A DNA stretch of 62,984 nt, the filler included, from Choristocarpus tenellus KU-1152 (Eukaryota; Protista; Phaeophyceae): the NCBI GenBank assembly GCA_964200185.2. It is 9 parts of 9 records of this genome, joined end to end, with 100 filler letters (N's around TTAATTAATTAA, not from the genome) between each part and the next. Parts side by side here need not be neighbours in the genome. Positions count along the whole stretch, not along the records: positions 60,105 to 62,984 come from CAXNAD020023969.1; 8 more parts are not named here. One strand, 5' to 3'. Within the stretch, counting starts at the first letter, position 1, and each line of letters begins with the position of its first letter. The position numbers and the translations under genes were made by a program. The notes beneath the pieces are model-generated. The model was not told where the DNA came from. It made no database searches and saw nothing but the letters and a program-made list of their open reading frames with translations. This document shows, piece by piece, positions 61,761 through 62,984 of this stretch.

Positions 61761-62984
61761 AAGAGACACGACTTTGAGGAGCTACCTAAGCCATTCCTGT
61801 TCGTGAGTCACCCTCTACTTCACCAATCTGACACATGCCTTGACGGAAATGTCGTGCTGGAGAGGCCAGACGCTTTCTCAAAATCAACGGGTTTATACAT
61901 TAGGTATCTTAGTTTTAATATCTTAAAGATTTAGTGTCTATGTGTCCTCATACGCATGCTTTTATTGGCCTGGTGGCAACCTAGATTTCATCTGGATTGG
62001 TGTATTCTGCCATTATTCTCTAATACTCAAACTGCCATGCCCCGTAATGCCCTCTTGGATGGGACAAATTGCACCTCGCAATACGGTAGTTGCTGTGTTT
62101 GTCCTACGGCCAACCCTATTGTGATAACCCCATTGCACAACCATTGCGCTGCAATGGTTATGTCTTCACTTACTCTGTGTGCCCTAGTGGAGAACCCTTC
62201 CCACCATAACCATGCACACCATACTAAGAACGTCCATCTCACACAACCAACCCTCCAACCTGTATGCAACATGGTGCTCACAACAATCGACTCATTGTCT
62301 AATCCAACAACTAACCCTAACCCAAGTGGACCCGGTTTGTCCAGGGACATCACCCGGAATATGCAACCCACAAACCTTCTCCCTCTCCTCTTTGCATTGC
62401 TCGGATATAGAGCCATTGACAGAAAGCTTGCCAAAATAACGTAGACATAGAAACATCTCGTACTCGATACCACCATGTAAAACACAAGGCAAGATTTTTA
62501 CAACAGACGACCCCTCTTCCACACCCAATCCAAACGGCAGTAACCACCCAACTTCAAAATTTGAACCCAACGGCAATTTCCTTAAGCTATAATCATACAG
62601 TCTACACGCATTCAAGTGCAGGTCCTAAATGTATTTTATTCCAAAATACATCAAAAAAGGACAAGCCCTCCACTGAAGACAACAATTCCATCAATAATTT
62701 GAACACCTCGTCGGAGCCGAAACGAAAACCTCCTGACAAACCATACACCCCCCCCAGATACTTTGACCCTCTCAAAAGCTGGGCCCAGACACACAATACG
62801 CCGCCAAAAAACTCGCGGTGATCCTGAGTGCACAGCCTTTCTCTTTGTGCTCGCGATGGAAGACGCTCAAGAGCTTCAAGACCGACATGTATAGAGCACA
62901 GGTCCCCTCTGATGTGCCAGAGAGCAAACTACTCGCGCACTACATTGGGAACGGCCACATAGGAGTGGATGAGGATAGCGATGA

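Overview
Eukaryotic nuclear DNA: nine contigs concatenated with artificial 100-nt linkers (44 N + TTAATTAATTAA + 44 N), so adjacency across linkers carries no biological meaning. Genes are intron-rich. Two proteins have complex-plastid targeting peptides, which points to an ochrophyte, probably a brown alga (inference). Spliced genes rebuilt by hand, most truncated by contig ends: YIF1, an RIIa-type D/D + GAF protein, a plastid-targeted acidic protein, a signal-peptide-bearing NPL4 (candidate SELMA sNpl4), two TKL-type kinases (one frameshifted in DFG), a DEAD-box helicase exon, an LYR-like protein, eRF3 and importin-11. Non-coding content includes a decayed tRNA-Cys, 3' ends of a CRE-like non-LTR retroelement, MITE-like repeats and minisatellites. 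The most unusual signal is dozens of short interstitial TTAGGG/CCCTAA tracts, several lying exactly between duplicated copies of unique sequence. The best case is a head-to-head telomeric junction flanked by a perfect 53-bp duplication at 58220-58351, suggesting frequent telomerase-assisted repair of internal breaks. All homology calls rest on motif recognition, not database searches.
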